Below, piece by piece: positions 28,174 through 37,486 of a DNA stretch of 46,361 bases. The DNA is from Vulcanimicrobiota bacterium (GTDB lineage: Bacteria > Vulcanimicrobiota > Vulcanimicrobiia > Vulcanimicrobiales > Vulcanimicrobiaceae). The first letter of the stretch is position 1, and each line of letters opens with the position of its first letter. A program made the translations under genes and the position numbers. The stretch spans positions 27,433 to 73,793 of the forward strand of contig PLCF01000058.1 in NCBI GenBank assembly GCA_003135555.1. Direction: 5' to 3'. The notes beneath the pieces were generated by a model. That model worked only from the letters and a program-made list of their open reading frames with translations, had not been told where the DNA came from and made no database searches.

Positions 28174-28722
28174 ATGCCGACCGCGAAAAAAGAAGCGACG
28201 ATCGACGAACTCCGCGAGAAGATCGCGAGCGCGAAGAATCTGTTCTTCACCAACTACCAAGGTCTGACGGTCGGGGAGATCTCGAAGCTTCGCAACGAGC
28301 TCCGCAAGGACGGCAGCAGCACCTACGGGGTGGTGAAGAACACGCTCTTCAGGCGCGCGGCGAGCAAAGAGCTTGCCGCGCAACTCGACGCGGTCCTCGC
28401 AGGGCCGACCGGCGTCGTCTTCGCCGGCGACGATCCCGTCGCGCCGGCCAAGGCCCTCAAGACGTTCTCGGACGCGACCAAGAAGGTCGACGTCAAGGCC
28501 GCCTACATCGACGGCAAGCTCGTCGATGCGGCACAAGTTCAAGCGCTCGCCGCGCTTCCACCCAAACAAGAGCTGCTCGCGAGACTCGTCGGGTCGCTCA
28601 AGAGCCCGTTGTACGGCCTCGTCATGGTCCTCAGCGGCAACCAGAGCGGCCTCGTCCGCGTCCTCAACGCGATCCGCGAGCAAAAAAGCGCGGATCGGCC
28701 CGCTACCGCACAGGAGTCCTAA
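28174..28722 (+). CDS. rplJ: 50S ribosomal protein L10
   Basis: NYQGLTV..I..LR..LR, VVKNTL..RA, L.GPT, LA.LPPKQELLA; GGAG RBS. Confidence 0.98.
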   Translation: MPTAKKEATIDELREKIASAKNLFFTNYQGLTVGEISKLRNELRKDGSSTYGVVKNTLFRRAASKELAAQLDAVLAGPTGVVFAGDDPVAPAKALKTFSDATKKVDVKAAYIDGKLVDAAQVQALAALPPKQELLARLVGSLKSPLYGLVMVLSGNQSGLVRVLNAIREQKSADRPATAQES

Positions 28723-28728
28723 GTCATC

Positions 28729-29097
28729 ATGGCAGTCGCCGAACTCATCGATCAGATCGACAAACTCACCGTCCTCGAGCTCAACGACCTCGTCAAGCAG
28801 CTCGAAGAGAAGTACGGCGTGAGCGCCGCCGCGCCGGTCGCGGCCGCCGCACCCGCTGCTGCTGCGGCAGCCCCGGCCGCGGAGAAGACCGAATTCGACG
28901 TCGTCCTCGAAGAGGCGGGCGCCGAGAAGATCAAGGTCATCAAGGCGGTTCGCGAAGTCACCTCGCTCGGGCTGACCGAGGCGAAGGCCTTCGTCGAGAG
29001 CGCCCCCAAGGCGGTCAAGGAAGGCATCCCCAAAGACGAAGCCGAGGCCATCGCCAAGAAGCTGCAAGAAGCCGGCGCCAAGGTCAGCGTCAAGTAA
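28729..29097 (+). CDS. rplL: 50S ribosomal protein L7/L12
   Basis: [50 protein letters not shown]. Confidence 0.99.
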   Translation: MAVAELIDQIDKLTVLELNDLVKQLEEKYGVSAAAPVAAAAPAAAAAAPAAEKTEFDVVLEEAGAEKIKVIKAVREVTSLGLTEAKAFVESAPKAVKEGIPKDEAEAIAKKLQEAGAKVSVK

Positions 29098-29893
29098 CCG
29101 CAGCTGCGAGAAAGCGCAGCAGCGCCCGGTTGAGCGCGGTGGGCTGCTCGACGTTGAGGATGTGCGCGGCGTCGTCGAGGACCAGTAGCTCGGAGCCGTC
29201 AATCGCCGCATGCAGCTCCGCGCTCAATGCGGGCGGCGTAGACGGGTCGGCGGCGCCCGCGACAATCAAGGTGCGGCAGGCGATGCGGGCGTCGTCTTCA
29301 CGCAAATCGGCATCGCGGACCGCCGAGCCGCAGGCGATGTAACCCTCCGCCGGCGTGCGCAGCAGCATCGTGGAGAAGCCGGCGATGACATCGAGCCGCT
29401 GCTCGTGCGTCGCGCGGGTGAACCAGCGCCCCATGACCGCATCGACGATTCCGCCGAGGCCCTCGCGCTCGACGGTCGCGAGGCGTTCCTGCCACACTGC
29501 TGCGCTCCCGACGCGGCTGCCGGTCGCACACAGGACCAGCGCTTCGACGCGCTGCGGGTAGGCCGCGGCGAAGCGCTGCCCGACCATCCCGCCGATCGAC
29601 AGCCCGACGAAGCGGACGCGCTCGATGGCCAGTTCGTCGAGCAGCGCGGCGACGTCGTCGGCGAGCGTCTCGATGCGCGCGGCGCCGGGCTCCCCCGGCG
29701 GGCTGCACTCGGTCAGGCCGTGCCCGCGCATGTCGTAGCGCAGTACCCGGAACGTCGCGGCGAGCGGGCCGACTTGGTCGTCCCACATCTGCTTTCCGGT
29801 TCCGAGCGAGTTGGCCAGGATCACGACCGGCGCGTCGGCGGGGCCGGTCACGTCGTAGTGCACCGTGATCCCGCGGGCGCGAATGAACGGCAC
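29090..29893 (-). CDS. pcaD: 3-oxoadipate enol-lactonase-like alpha/beta hydrolase
   Basis: NSLGT...[18 protein letters not shown] nucleophile, [24 protein letters not shown]. Confidence 0.85.
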   Translation of the reverse strand: MPFIRARGITVHYDVTGPADAPVVILANSLGTGKQMWDDQVGPLAATFRVLRYDMRGHGLTECSPPGEPGAARIETLADDVAALLDELAIERVRFVGLSIGGMVGQRFAAAYPQRVEALVLCATGSRVGSAAVWQERLATVEREGLGGIVDAVMGRWFTRATHEQRLDVIAGFSTMLLRTPAEGYIACGSAVRDADLREDDARIACRTLIVAGAADPSTPPALSAELHAAIDGSELLVLDDAAHILNVEQPTALNRALLRFLAAAVT

Positions 29894-29976
29894 GTCGCTC
29901 TCCTCTCGGGGCTGCTTCGGCCGGAGGTGTTATCCAAGGAGCAAGAACGGGCCCGCCCCGAGACAAACCTAGGGCG

Positions 29977-30780
29977 GTGGCGATTTCCGTGGGGCAGGAC
30001 GCGCGGGCCGGCGCGGGCGTGGCGGCGTACGTGCCCGGCTTGCTGTTCGCGTTGGGGGTCGCGGTCGCGGTCGAGGTCCTGGCCCGGCAGGGCCTGCTCT
30101 CCAGCTACGTCGCGCCGCCGAGCACGGTCGCCGTCGCGCTGTTCGCCGGGTTGCGCAACGGCGAGATCACCTCGCAGGTCGGCGTCACGCTGCTGGCGTT
30201 CGCCGAAGGGTTGGCCCTGGCGACCGTCTTGGCGATCGTGATCGGCGTGCTCATGGGGGCAGTCCCGGTCGTCTACGACGCGCTGCGCGTCGTGGTCGAG
30301 TTTCTGCGCCCGGTACCGTCGGTGGCGATGATCCCGCTGGCGATCCTGTTTCTCGGTCTGGGCGGTCCGATGCGCGTGGCGGTGATCACCTACGCCGCGT
30401 TCTGGCCGCTGCTCATCAGCACGTTCTACGGCGTGCGCGCGGTCGATCCGGTGTCGCTCGACACGGCGCGCAACTTCGGGGTCTCGGAGTTCGCCATGCT
30501 GTACCGCGTCACGCTGCCGTCGGCGCTGGCGAACATTTCGACGGGGCTGCGAGTGAGCGCGTCGATCGCGCTGGTCGTCACGGTTACCACCGAGTTGATC
30601 GCGGGCAACAGCGGGATCGGCTTCTACGTCTCGCAGATGGAACAGGCAAACCGCCTCCCGCCGATGTACGCCGGCATCCTGCTGACCGGGATTTTGGGCT
30701 ATCTCGTCAACGCGCTGTTCTTCACGCTGGAGCGCAAGGTCGTCTTCTGGGCGCCCGCCAGCCGCGAGGCGGTGCGGTGA
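29977..30780 (+). CDS. ABC transporter permease (NitT/TauT/SsuC family)
   Basis: VAPPS, EFLRPVPSVAMIP, EAA-like DTARNFG, LPSAL..I.TGLR. Confidence 0.9.
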   Translation: MAISVGQDARAGAGVAAYVPGLLFALGVAVAVEVLARQGLLSSYVAPPSTVAVALFAGLRNGEITSQVGVTLLAFAEGLALATVLAIVIGVLMGAVPVVYDALRVVVEFLRPVPSVAMIPLAILFLGLGGPMRVAVITYAAFWPLLISTFYGVRAVDPVSLDTARNFGVSEFAMLYRVTLPSALANISTGLRVSASIALVVTVTTELIAGNSGIGFYVSQMEQANRLPPMYAGILLTGILGYLVNALFFTLERKVVFWAPASREAVR

Positions 30781-31541
30781 AGGTGCGGCGCACCGCGCTG
30801 GGGATCGCGACGGTCGTCGTGCTGCTCGCGGCGTGGGAGTTGTCGGCGCGCCTCAACAAGACGGTCTACGTTCCGCCGGTGACGGCCATCGCCGCGACGT
30901 TCGTGCACGAATGGGTCTCGGCGCAGTTCCGGGATCAAGCGCTCCCGAGCTTGTTGCGAATGTTCGCCGGCTACGCGATCGCGTCGACCTGCGGTGTCGC
31001 CGTCGGGGTGGTGATCGGCGCGTATCGCCCGCTCTACCGCCTCGTCGACCCTGTGCTGCAGTTCTTGCGGGCGATCCCGCCCACGGCGATCATCCCCGTC
31101 GGGATCCTGCTCATCGGGATCGGCGATACGATGAAGATCCTGGTGATCGCGTTCGGAGCGTTCTGGCCGATTTTGGTGAACTCGGTCGACGGCGCGCGCA
31201 GTGTGCCGCAAGAGCGCTTGGACACCGCGCGGATCTTCGGCCTGAGCCGGTCAAGCACGCTGCTCACCGTCATCTTTCCCTCGGCGCTGCCGGGCGTGTT
31301 CGCCGGGCTGCGCACCGGGCTCTCGATCGCGTTCATCATGATCGTGGTCTCGGAGATGATCGGCAGTACCAACGGGCTGGGCTACTACATCCTCCAAGCG
31401 CAACGAACGTTCGCCATCCCGGAGATGTACGGGGGCATCGTCCTGCTCGCCATCCTGGGCTACTGCCTCAACGCCGGCTTCGTGGCCGTCGAGCACCGCA
31501 TTCTGGCTTGGCACCACGGCCAGTCCGCGCGCACGGTTTAG
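30777..31541 (+). CDS. ABC transporter permease (NitT/TauT/SsuC family)
   Basis: QFLRAIPP, WPILVNS.DG, DTARIFG, VSEMIGSTNGLG. Confidence 0.9.
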   Translation: MKVRRTALGIATVVVLLAAWELSARLNKTVYVPPVTAIAATFVHEWVSAQFRDQALPSLLRMFAGYAIASTCGVAVGVVIGAYRPLYRLVDPVLQFLRAIPPTAIIPVGILLIGIGDTMKILVIAFGAFWPILVNSVDGARSVPQERLDTARIFGLSRSSTLLTVIFPSALPGVFAGLRTGLSIAFIMIVVSEMIGSTNGLGYYILQAQRTFAIPEMYGGIVLLAILGYCLNAGFVAVEHRILAWHHGQSARTV

Positions 31542-31560
31542 GCGCGACGAGGCCATTGGA

Positions 31561-32358
31561 ATGAACGCAGGAACCAGGGTGCTGCTCGACGTCTGCGGGC
31601 TGCAAAAGCGCTACGACTCGAGCGGCGTGGTCGCGATCGAGAGCATCACGCTCGACGTCAAAGAGCGCGAGTTCGTGTCGATCGTCGGTCCGTCGGGCTG
31701 CGGCAAGACCACGTTGCTCAAGACGATCTGCGGGCTGCTGCGCCCGACGGCCGGAAGCGTGACCCTCGACGGCAAGCTCGTGACGACGCCGCCGCCCGAG
31801 ATGGTCCTGGTGTTCCAGGACTATGCGCGCTCGCTGTTTCCGTGGCTCACCGTCGCGGGGAACGTGCGGTTCCCGCTCAAGAAGAAGAACCTGGCCGGCG
31901 CCGAGAGCACCCGCGCCGTGGGCGCAGCGCTCGCCGCCGTCGGACTCGACCGGTTCGCCAAACAGTATCCCTGGCAGCTCTCGGGCGGGATGCAGCAGCG
32001 CGTCGCGATCGCTCGTGCGGTCGCGTTCCGGCCCGAGATCCTGCTGCTCGACGAACCGTTCGCTTCGGTCGATGCGCTCACGCGCGCGGAACTCGAGGAC
32101 CTGACCTTGCGCTTGCGCGACGAGTTCGGGATCACGATGCTGCTGGTGACGCACGACATCGACGAGGCCGTGTACCTGAGCGATCGCGTGTTCGTCCTGT
32201 CGCCGCCGCCGTCGGTGGTCGTGCGCGAGTTCGCGATCCCGTTGGGCGGCGCGCGCGATCAGGAGACGACGCGCAGCGACCCGCGCTTTCTGAGCCTGCG
32301 CAACGAGATCCACCATCTGATCGGCCGACCGCTGCCCGCCGCCGAGGCCGTCCCGTGA
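31561..32358 (+). CDS. ABC transporter ATP-binding protein (NitT/TauT family)
   Basis: GPSGCGKT, VFQ, LSGGMQQR, LLLDEPF, VTHDIDEA. Confidence 0.95.
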   Translation: MNAGTRVLLDVCGLQKRYDSSGVVAIESITLDVKEREFVSIVGPSGCGKTTLLKTICGLLRPTAGSVTLDGKLVTTPPPEMVLVFQDYARSLFPWLTVAGNVRFPLKKKNLAGAESTRAVGAALAAVGLDRFAKQYPWQLSGGMQQRVAIARAVAFRPEILLLDEPFASVDALTRAELEDLTLRLRDEFGITMLLVTHDIDEAVYLSDRVFVLSPPPSVVVREFAIPLGGARDQETTRSDPRFLSLRNEIHHLIGRPLPAAEAVP

Positions 32359-33452
32359 CCTCGCGCGCCGCCGTGCACGTTGCGGCCAAGCGCACCGAGA
32401 TTCGCGAGCTGCCGCTGCCGCTGCTCGCGTCCGACGCCGGCCTGCTGCGCGTAGTCGCCGCCGGCGTCTGCGGCAGCGACATCGCGTACTATGCGGACGG
32501 CAGCGTCGGGCCGCGGATTCTGGGTCACGAGAACGTGGGCGTCGTCGAGCAGCTCGGCGCGCTCGCTCGCGAGCGCTGGGGCGTGCGCGAAGGCGACCTC
32601 GTGGCGCTCGAGGAGTATCTGCCGTGCGGTCACTGCGCCGATTGCCGCGCCGGCGAGTACCGCTCGTGCTTGCAGACCGACAACACGCGCGCCGGCGCAC
32701 TGCGCTACGGCACGACCGGGATCGACGTCCCACCCGCGCTGTGGGGCGGTTACAGCCAATATCAGTACCTGCACCCGCGTGCGGTGCTGCATCGCGTCCC
32801 CGCCGGGGTCTCGGCGCGGCTCGCGGCGATGGCCCTGCCGCTGAGCAATGGCTTTCAATGGGCCTACCTCGACGGCGGCGCGGGTCCCGGCCAGACCGTC
32901 GTCGTGCAAGGTCCGGGTCAGCAAGGTTTGGCCTGCGTCGTGGCGGCGAAAGCGGCCGGCGCAAAGACCGTCATCGTCACCGGGCTCGCGCGTGACGAAA
33001 CGCGGCTCGCCGTTGCCAAGCGGCTGGGTGCCGACCACTGCGTCGCCGTCGACCGTGACTCGCTGCCCGATCTCGTCGCCGAGGTTACCGGCGGCACGCT
33101 GGCCGACCTGGTGATCGACGTGTCGTCGGGAGGCGCGACCACGGTCGTCAACGGCGGGCTCGAGCTGCTGCGCAAACGGGGAACGCTGCTCGTCGCCGCG
33201 CACAAGCACGCCGCGCTCGACGGGTTCGCGATCGACGCCGTCATCCGTGGGCAGATCACGCTGCGCGGCGTGCGCGGCCACAGCTTTCGGGCCGTCGAGA
33301 TGGCGCTGAATCTGATGGCGCAACACGACGTCGACCTCAATGCGATGGCGACCCACGAATTCGCCCTCGACGACGTCGATCGCGCGTTGCGGCTGGTCGG
33401 CGGCGAGCGCGGCGACGGGGCGATCCACGTGAGCATCGCACCGTGGAGTTGA
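32355..33452 (+). CDS. Zinc-dependent alcohol dehydrogenase (MDR family)
   Basis: GVCGSD, ILGHE..G, structural Zn site CGHCADC...C, GPGQQG. Confidence 0.88.
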   Translation: MTSRAAVHVAAKRTEIRELPLPLLASDAGLLRVVAAGVCGSDIAYYADGSVGPRILGHENVGVVEQLGALARERWGVREGDLVALEEYLPCGHCADCRAGEYRSCLQTDNTRAGALRYGTTGIDVPPALWGGYSQYQYLHPRAVLHRVPAGVSARLAAMALPLSNGFQWAYLDGGAGPGQTVVVQGPGQQGLACVVAAKAAGAKTVIVTGLARDETRLAVAKRLGADHCVAVDRDSLPDLVAEVTGGTLADLVIDVSSGGATTVVNGGLELLRKRGTLLVAAHKHAALDGFAIDAVIRGQITLRGVRGHSFRAVEMALNLMAQHDVDLNAMATHEFALDDVDRALRLVGGERGDGAIHVSIAPWS

Positions 33453-33459
33453 GGAGCGC

Positions 33460-34347
33460 ATGCGTCTAGCCTCGTTTACCGTCGCCGGCAACGCCGCGTT
33501 CGGCGCGGTCGCGGACGACGGCCGTTCCGTCCTCGATCTGACCGGCACCGGCGGCGCGCTCGATCTCGAAGCGTTCGTCGCCCTGGGGCGGGCCGGGATC
33601 GCGCGGGCGCACGAGCTCCGAGCCGCCGGAACGGGAACGTCGCTCGCGCTCGACGACGTGACGCCGGCGGCGCCCTTTCCGCGACCGGCCCGTACGATCA
33701 TGTGCGTGGGAAAGAACTACCGCGACCACGCCGCAGAATTCCACGGCAGCGGTTTCGATGCGACGGCCGGCGCGAGCGCGATTCCCGACGTGCCGATCAT
33801 CTTCGTCAAGCACCCGTCGGCGGTGATAGCCACCGGAGCGCCGATCGTCTCCTCCAACGATCCCACCGCGACGGTCGACTACGAAGGCGAGCTGGCGCTG
33901 ATCGTCGGGGAACCGGCCTGGCGCGTCGGGTCCGCCGATGCGATGCGGCACGTGTACGGCTACACGATCCTCAACGACGTCACGTCGCGGGCGCTCCAGA
34001 GCAAGCACAAGCAGTGGTTCGTCGGGAAGAGCGTCGCCACGTTCTGCCCAATGGGGCCCTACCTGGTGACCGCCGACGAGGTTCCCGATGTGCGAGCGCT
34101 GCGCTTGCGCACGTTCGTCAACGACGAGCTGCGCCAAGACGCCACCGTCGCCGATCTCATCTTCGACATCCCGACGCTCGTCGCGACGCTCTCGGCGACG
34201 ACGCGCTTGGAATGCGGCGACATCATCGCGACCGGCACGCCCGCCGGGGTGGGTATTGGATTTAGCCCGCCGAAGTATCTGCGCCCCGGCGACCGCGTCC
34301 GGGTCGCAATCGATGGATTGGGAGAGCTCGTCAACCCGGTCACCTAA
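33460..34347 (+). CDS. Fumarylacetoacetate hydrolase family protein
   Basis: CVGKNY.DHA.E, PIIFVK, DYEGEL, GYTILNDVT.R, GKS..TF.PMGP, GDIIATGTPAGVG. Confidence 0.93.
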   Translation: MRLASFTVAGNAAFGAVADDGRSVLDLTGTGGALDLEAFVALGRAGIARAHELRAAGTGTSLALDDVTPAAPFPRPARTIMCVGKNYRDHAAEFHGSGFDATAGASAIPDVPIIFVKHPSAVIATGAPIVSSNDPTATVDYEGELALIVGEPAWRVGSADAMRHVYGYTILNDVTSRALQSKHKQWFVGKSVATFCPMGPYLVTADEVPDVRALRLRTFVNDELRQDATVADLIFDIPTLVATLSATTRLECGDIIATGTPAGVGIGFSPPKYLRPGDRVRVAIDGLGELVNPVT

Positions 34348-34365
34348 CGTTGCAAGGAGTTCGTC

Positions 34366-35316
34366 ATGGGCCACCCCGTTTCGCGGCGTACCGCGCTCGC
34401 CGCCGTCGCCGGATCGCTCCTGGTTCCCCGCGTGGCCTTCGCGCAGCAGCGGGTCACCACGATCACGGCTGCCGGGCTGCCCGAAGACTCGGCGACGCCG
34501 GTGCTCTACGCGATCGCGAGCGGTGCGTTCAAGCGCGCCGGACTCGACGTAGCGCTGCAGGCCCAGCGCAGCGGGCCGGCCGTCGCCAGCGGGATCGCCG
34601 GCGGTGCATATCAGATCGGCAAGATGAGCCTCACGCCGCTCATCGACGCGCACGGGCGCGGGATCCCGTTCGTCATCGTCGCACCGGGCGGGCTCTCCAC
34701 CGCGGCCAACCCGATCGCGGGGCTGATGGTGCGCGTCGACTCGCCGATCAAGACCGCCGCGGACCTCAACGGTAAAACGATCGCCGTTGGCGCGCTCAGC
34801 GACATCTTCACCTTGGCGATGCGAGCGTGGATGCAGAAGAACGGCGGGGACCCGAGCTCGCTCAAGCTCGTCGAGATTCCGATCAGCGCGATCGGCGAGG
34901 CGATCGACAAGGAACGCGTCGCCGCCGGATCGGCGAACGAGCCGATCCTGGGCGCGGCGGTCGCGGGCGGCAAAGTGCGCATCTTGGCCCGCACCTTCGA
35001 TGCGATCGCTGCGCGCTTCATGTTCACCGCCTGGGTAGCCAACCGCGCGTACGCGGAGCAGAACCGCGCCGCCGTAGAGAGCTTCGCGCGGGTCGTGCGC
35101 GACGCGGCGGCCTACGTCAACGCGCACCACGCCGAGACCGTCGACGAGATCGCCAAGTTCACCGGGATCGATCCGGCGATCGTGAAGCGAATGGCGCGTA
35201 CCGAGGCTGCGACCGGTGTGGAGGCGGGGCTGATCCAGCCGGTGATCGACGCAGCCGCGCACTTCAAGGACATCCCGGCACGGTTCGAGGCACGCGAGCT
35301 CATCTGGACGGGGTGA
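34366..35316 (+). CDS. ABC substrate-binding protein (SsuA/THI5-like), Tat signal
   Basis: AAGGAG RBS; SRRTALAA signal; F...GLDV.L, SPIKTAADLNGKTIAV. Confidence 0.85.
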   Translation: MGHPVSRRTALAAVAGSLLVPRVAFAQQRVTTITAAGLPEDSATPVLYAIASGAFKRAGLDVALQAQRSGPAVASGIAGGAYQIGKMSLTPLIDAHGRGIPFVIVAPGGLSTAANPIAGLMVRVDSPIKTAADLNGKTIAVGALSDIFTLAMRAWMQKNGGDPSSLKLVEIPISAIGEAIDKERVAAGSANEPILGAAVAGGKVRILARTFDAIAARFMFTAWVANRAYAEQNRAAVESFARVVRDAAAYVNAHHAETVDEIAKFTGIDPAIVKRMARTEAATGVEAGLIQPVIDAAAHFKDIPARFEARELIWTG

Positions 35317-36797
35317 CGCTCCACTTCGGCGAGGTCGTTCGCGACGCGGACGCGCTGCGCGAGCGCGCACTCCGGCTCGCCGGAGGCCTCCGGGAATTGG
35401 GCCTGCGCGAAGGCGACGTGATCGCCGTGCTGTTGCGCAACGATCCCGTGTATGCCGACGTGATCGGAGCCTGTCGCATCGCCGGCATCTACTACTGTCC
35501 GCTGAATTGGCATTTCACGCCCAGCGAGCTCGGCTTCATCCTCGAGGACAGCGGCGCGCGCGCCGTCGTCGGCCACGGCGACCTCCTCGCGGCGGCGGCG
35601 GATGCGTTGCCGCGCGCTGCCGCGGTGCTCGCGGCCGGCGCGCCGGCGGGGTTCATCGACTACGAGCCCTGGCTGCGCGCGCAGACGGAGTACGACGGGC
35701 CGGCGGCCTCCCCGCGCGGCCACATGTGCTACACCTCGGGCACGACCGGCCGGCCCAAGGGCGTGCGCCGCGTCCCCGTGCCGCTCGCGGAGCTGCCGCT
35801 GCAGCAGGCGGCGGCGCGCGAGGTCGCGCGTGTCGCATACGGGATCGAGGACGGCTGCCGCATGCTGCTTTCGGCACCGCTCTATCACAGCGCACCCGCG
35901 TCGATCGCCCAGCATACGCTGCTCTACGGCGAACGTCTCGTGCTGGCGTCTCGCTTCGACGCGGAACAGACCCTGGCGCTGATCGAGCGGCATCGTGCCG
36001 ACGTCGCATACTTGACGCCGACGATGTACGTGCGGATGCTGCGGTTGCCGCCGGCGGTGTGGGCGCGCTACGACGTCTCCTCGTTGCGCTTCGTCGCGTC
36101 GACGGGTGCACCGTGCGCGCCGGAGGTGAAGCGCGCCATCATCGCGCGGCTCGGGCCCGTGGTGCACGAGACGTACGCGGCGACCGAGGCCGGACTGATC
36201 ACGCTGGCCACGCCGGCCGACGCGCTGGCCCGGCCCGGCACCGCCGGCCGGCCGATCGGCGACGCGCAGGTGCGCATCTTCGACGCGTCCGGCGAGCCGT
36301 GCGCGGCGGGCGAGGTCGGCACGATCTACTGCCGTCAGCCGGCGTATCCCGACTTCGTGTACCACAACCTTCCCGCGGCGCGCCCGGCGATCGAGCGCGC
36401 GGGGCTGGTCACGATGGGCGACGTCGGCTACCTCGATCCGGACGGCTATCTGTTCGTCTGCGATCGGGCCGCCGACATGGTGCTCTCGGGCGGGGTCAAC
36501 ATTTATCCGGCCGAGATCGAACACGTGCTGCTGCGGTTGCCCGGCGTGCTCGACTGCGCGGTGATCGGGCTGCCGGACCCGGAGTACGGCGAGCGGCTTC
36601 ACGCGGTGGTGCAGCCCGAACCGGGTGCGGTGCTCGATTTCGACCGGCTCGCCGCGGAGCTGCGGCGCGAGCTCGCGGGGTTCAAGGTGCCGCGAACGTA
36701 CACGCTCTCGGAGGCGCTGCCGCGTGACGACAACGGAAAGATCGCCAAGCACCTGCTGCGGGAGATCTACGCCGGCCGCGTCGAGCCGGGAGCATGA
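35313..36797 (+). CDS. Acyl-CoA synthetase / AMP-binding enzyme
   Basis: YTSGTTGRPKG, PLYH, YAATE, GDVGYLDPDGYLF..DR, SGGVNIYPAEIE, GK. Confidence 0.92.
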   Translation: MTLHFGEVVRDADALRERALRLAGGLRELGLREGDVIAVLLRNDPVYADVIGACRIAGIYYCPLNWHFTPSELGFILEDSGARAVVGHGDLLAAAADALPRAAAVLAAGAPAGFIDYEPWLRAQTEYDGPAASPRGHMCYTSGTTGRPKGVRRVPVPLAELPLQQAAAREVARVAYGIEDGCRMLLSAPLYHSAPASIAQHTLLYGERLVLASRFDAEQTLALIERHRADVAYLTPTMYVRMLRLPPAVWARYDVSSLRFVASTGAPCAPEVKRAIIARLGPVVHETYAATEAGLITLATPADALARPGTAGRPIGDAQVRIFDASGEPCAAGEVGTIYCRQPAYPDFVYHNLPAARPAIERAGLVTMGDVGYLDPDGYLFVCDRAADMVLSGGVNIYPAEIEHVLLRLPGVLDCAVIGLPDPEYGERLHAVVQPEPGAVLDFDRLAAELRRELAGFKVPRTYTLSEALPRDDNGKIAKHLLREIYAGRVEPGA

Positions 36798-37420
36798 GCA
36801 GGTCGACGCGGTCGAGGCCCCTGCAAAATCGGGTGACGCCGTTCGGCGAGCTCGTCGCCGTGCGCGGACGCGGTCTGCTGATGGGAAACCGGGGCGTTCT
36901 GCATGACGGCGAGCGCCGAATCGTCCGCCCGTGGCAGGTCCGGCGCTGGATCGCCTGCCTCACCGATTTCCGCGGCCGCTACCGCGCGGTCATGCAGCCG
37001 CGCCGGTATACCGAGCTGTTCTTTCTCGACGAAGCGACGGCGTTCGCGGCGGGACATCGGCCCTGCGCGGAATGCCGCCATGCCGACTACCGGCGCTTTC
37101 GGGGACTGTGGGAGGCGCGTTACGGCGCACCGGCGAGCGCCGACGCGATGGACCGCGTGTTGCACGCCGAGCGTCTCGAGGGCCGGCAAAAACGCACCCA
37201 CGCGGCGCGGTTCGCCGGGCTGCCCGACGGCGCGTATGTTGCGCTCGAGGGCACGGCGTGGCTCGTGTGCCGCGGCGAGCTGCACGCGTGGGGCGACGCC
37301 GGCTATGCGCGGCGGCGCCGACGACCGCGCAACGGCGACGCCGACGTGCTCACCCCGCCCTCGATCGTCGCGCTGCTGGCCGCAGGCCTGCCGGTGGCCG
37401 TGCATCCGAGCGCGGGGTAG
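36794..37420 (+). CDS. Conserved hypothetical protein with Ada-like GHRPCxxC motif
   Basis: LQNRVTPFG, MGNRG.LH, WIAC, YTELFFLDEATAFAAGHRPCAECR, VLTP; ATGA-coupled to the upstream gene. Confidence 0.8.
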   Translation: MSRSTRSRPLQNRVTPFGELVAVRGRGLLMGNRGVLHDGERRIVRPWQVRRWIACLTDFRGRYRAVMQPRRYTELFFLDEATAFAAGHRPCAECRHADYRRFRGLWEARYGAPASADAMDRVLHAERLEGRQKRTHAARFAGLPDGAYVALEGTAWLVCRGELHAWGDAGYARRRRRPRNGDADVLTPPSIVALLAAGLPVAVHPSAG

Positions 37421-37486
37421 GAGGGACGTGCTGCTCGAAGCGCCCCAAGCTCCAGGTACTGACAAACGAGCGGAAGGGGACGTCCG

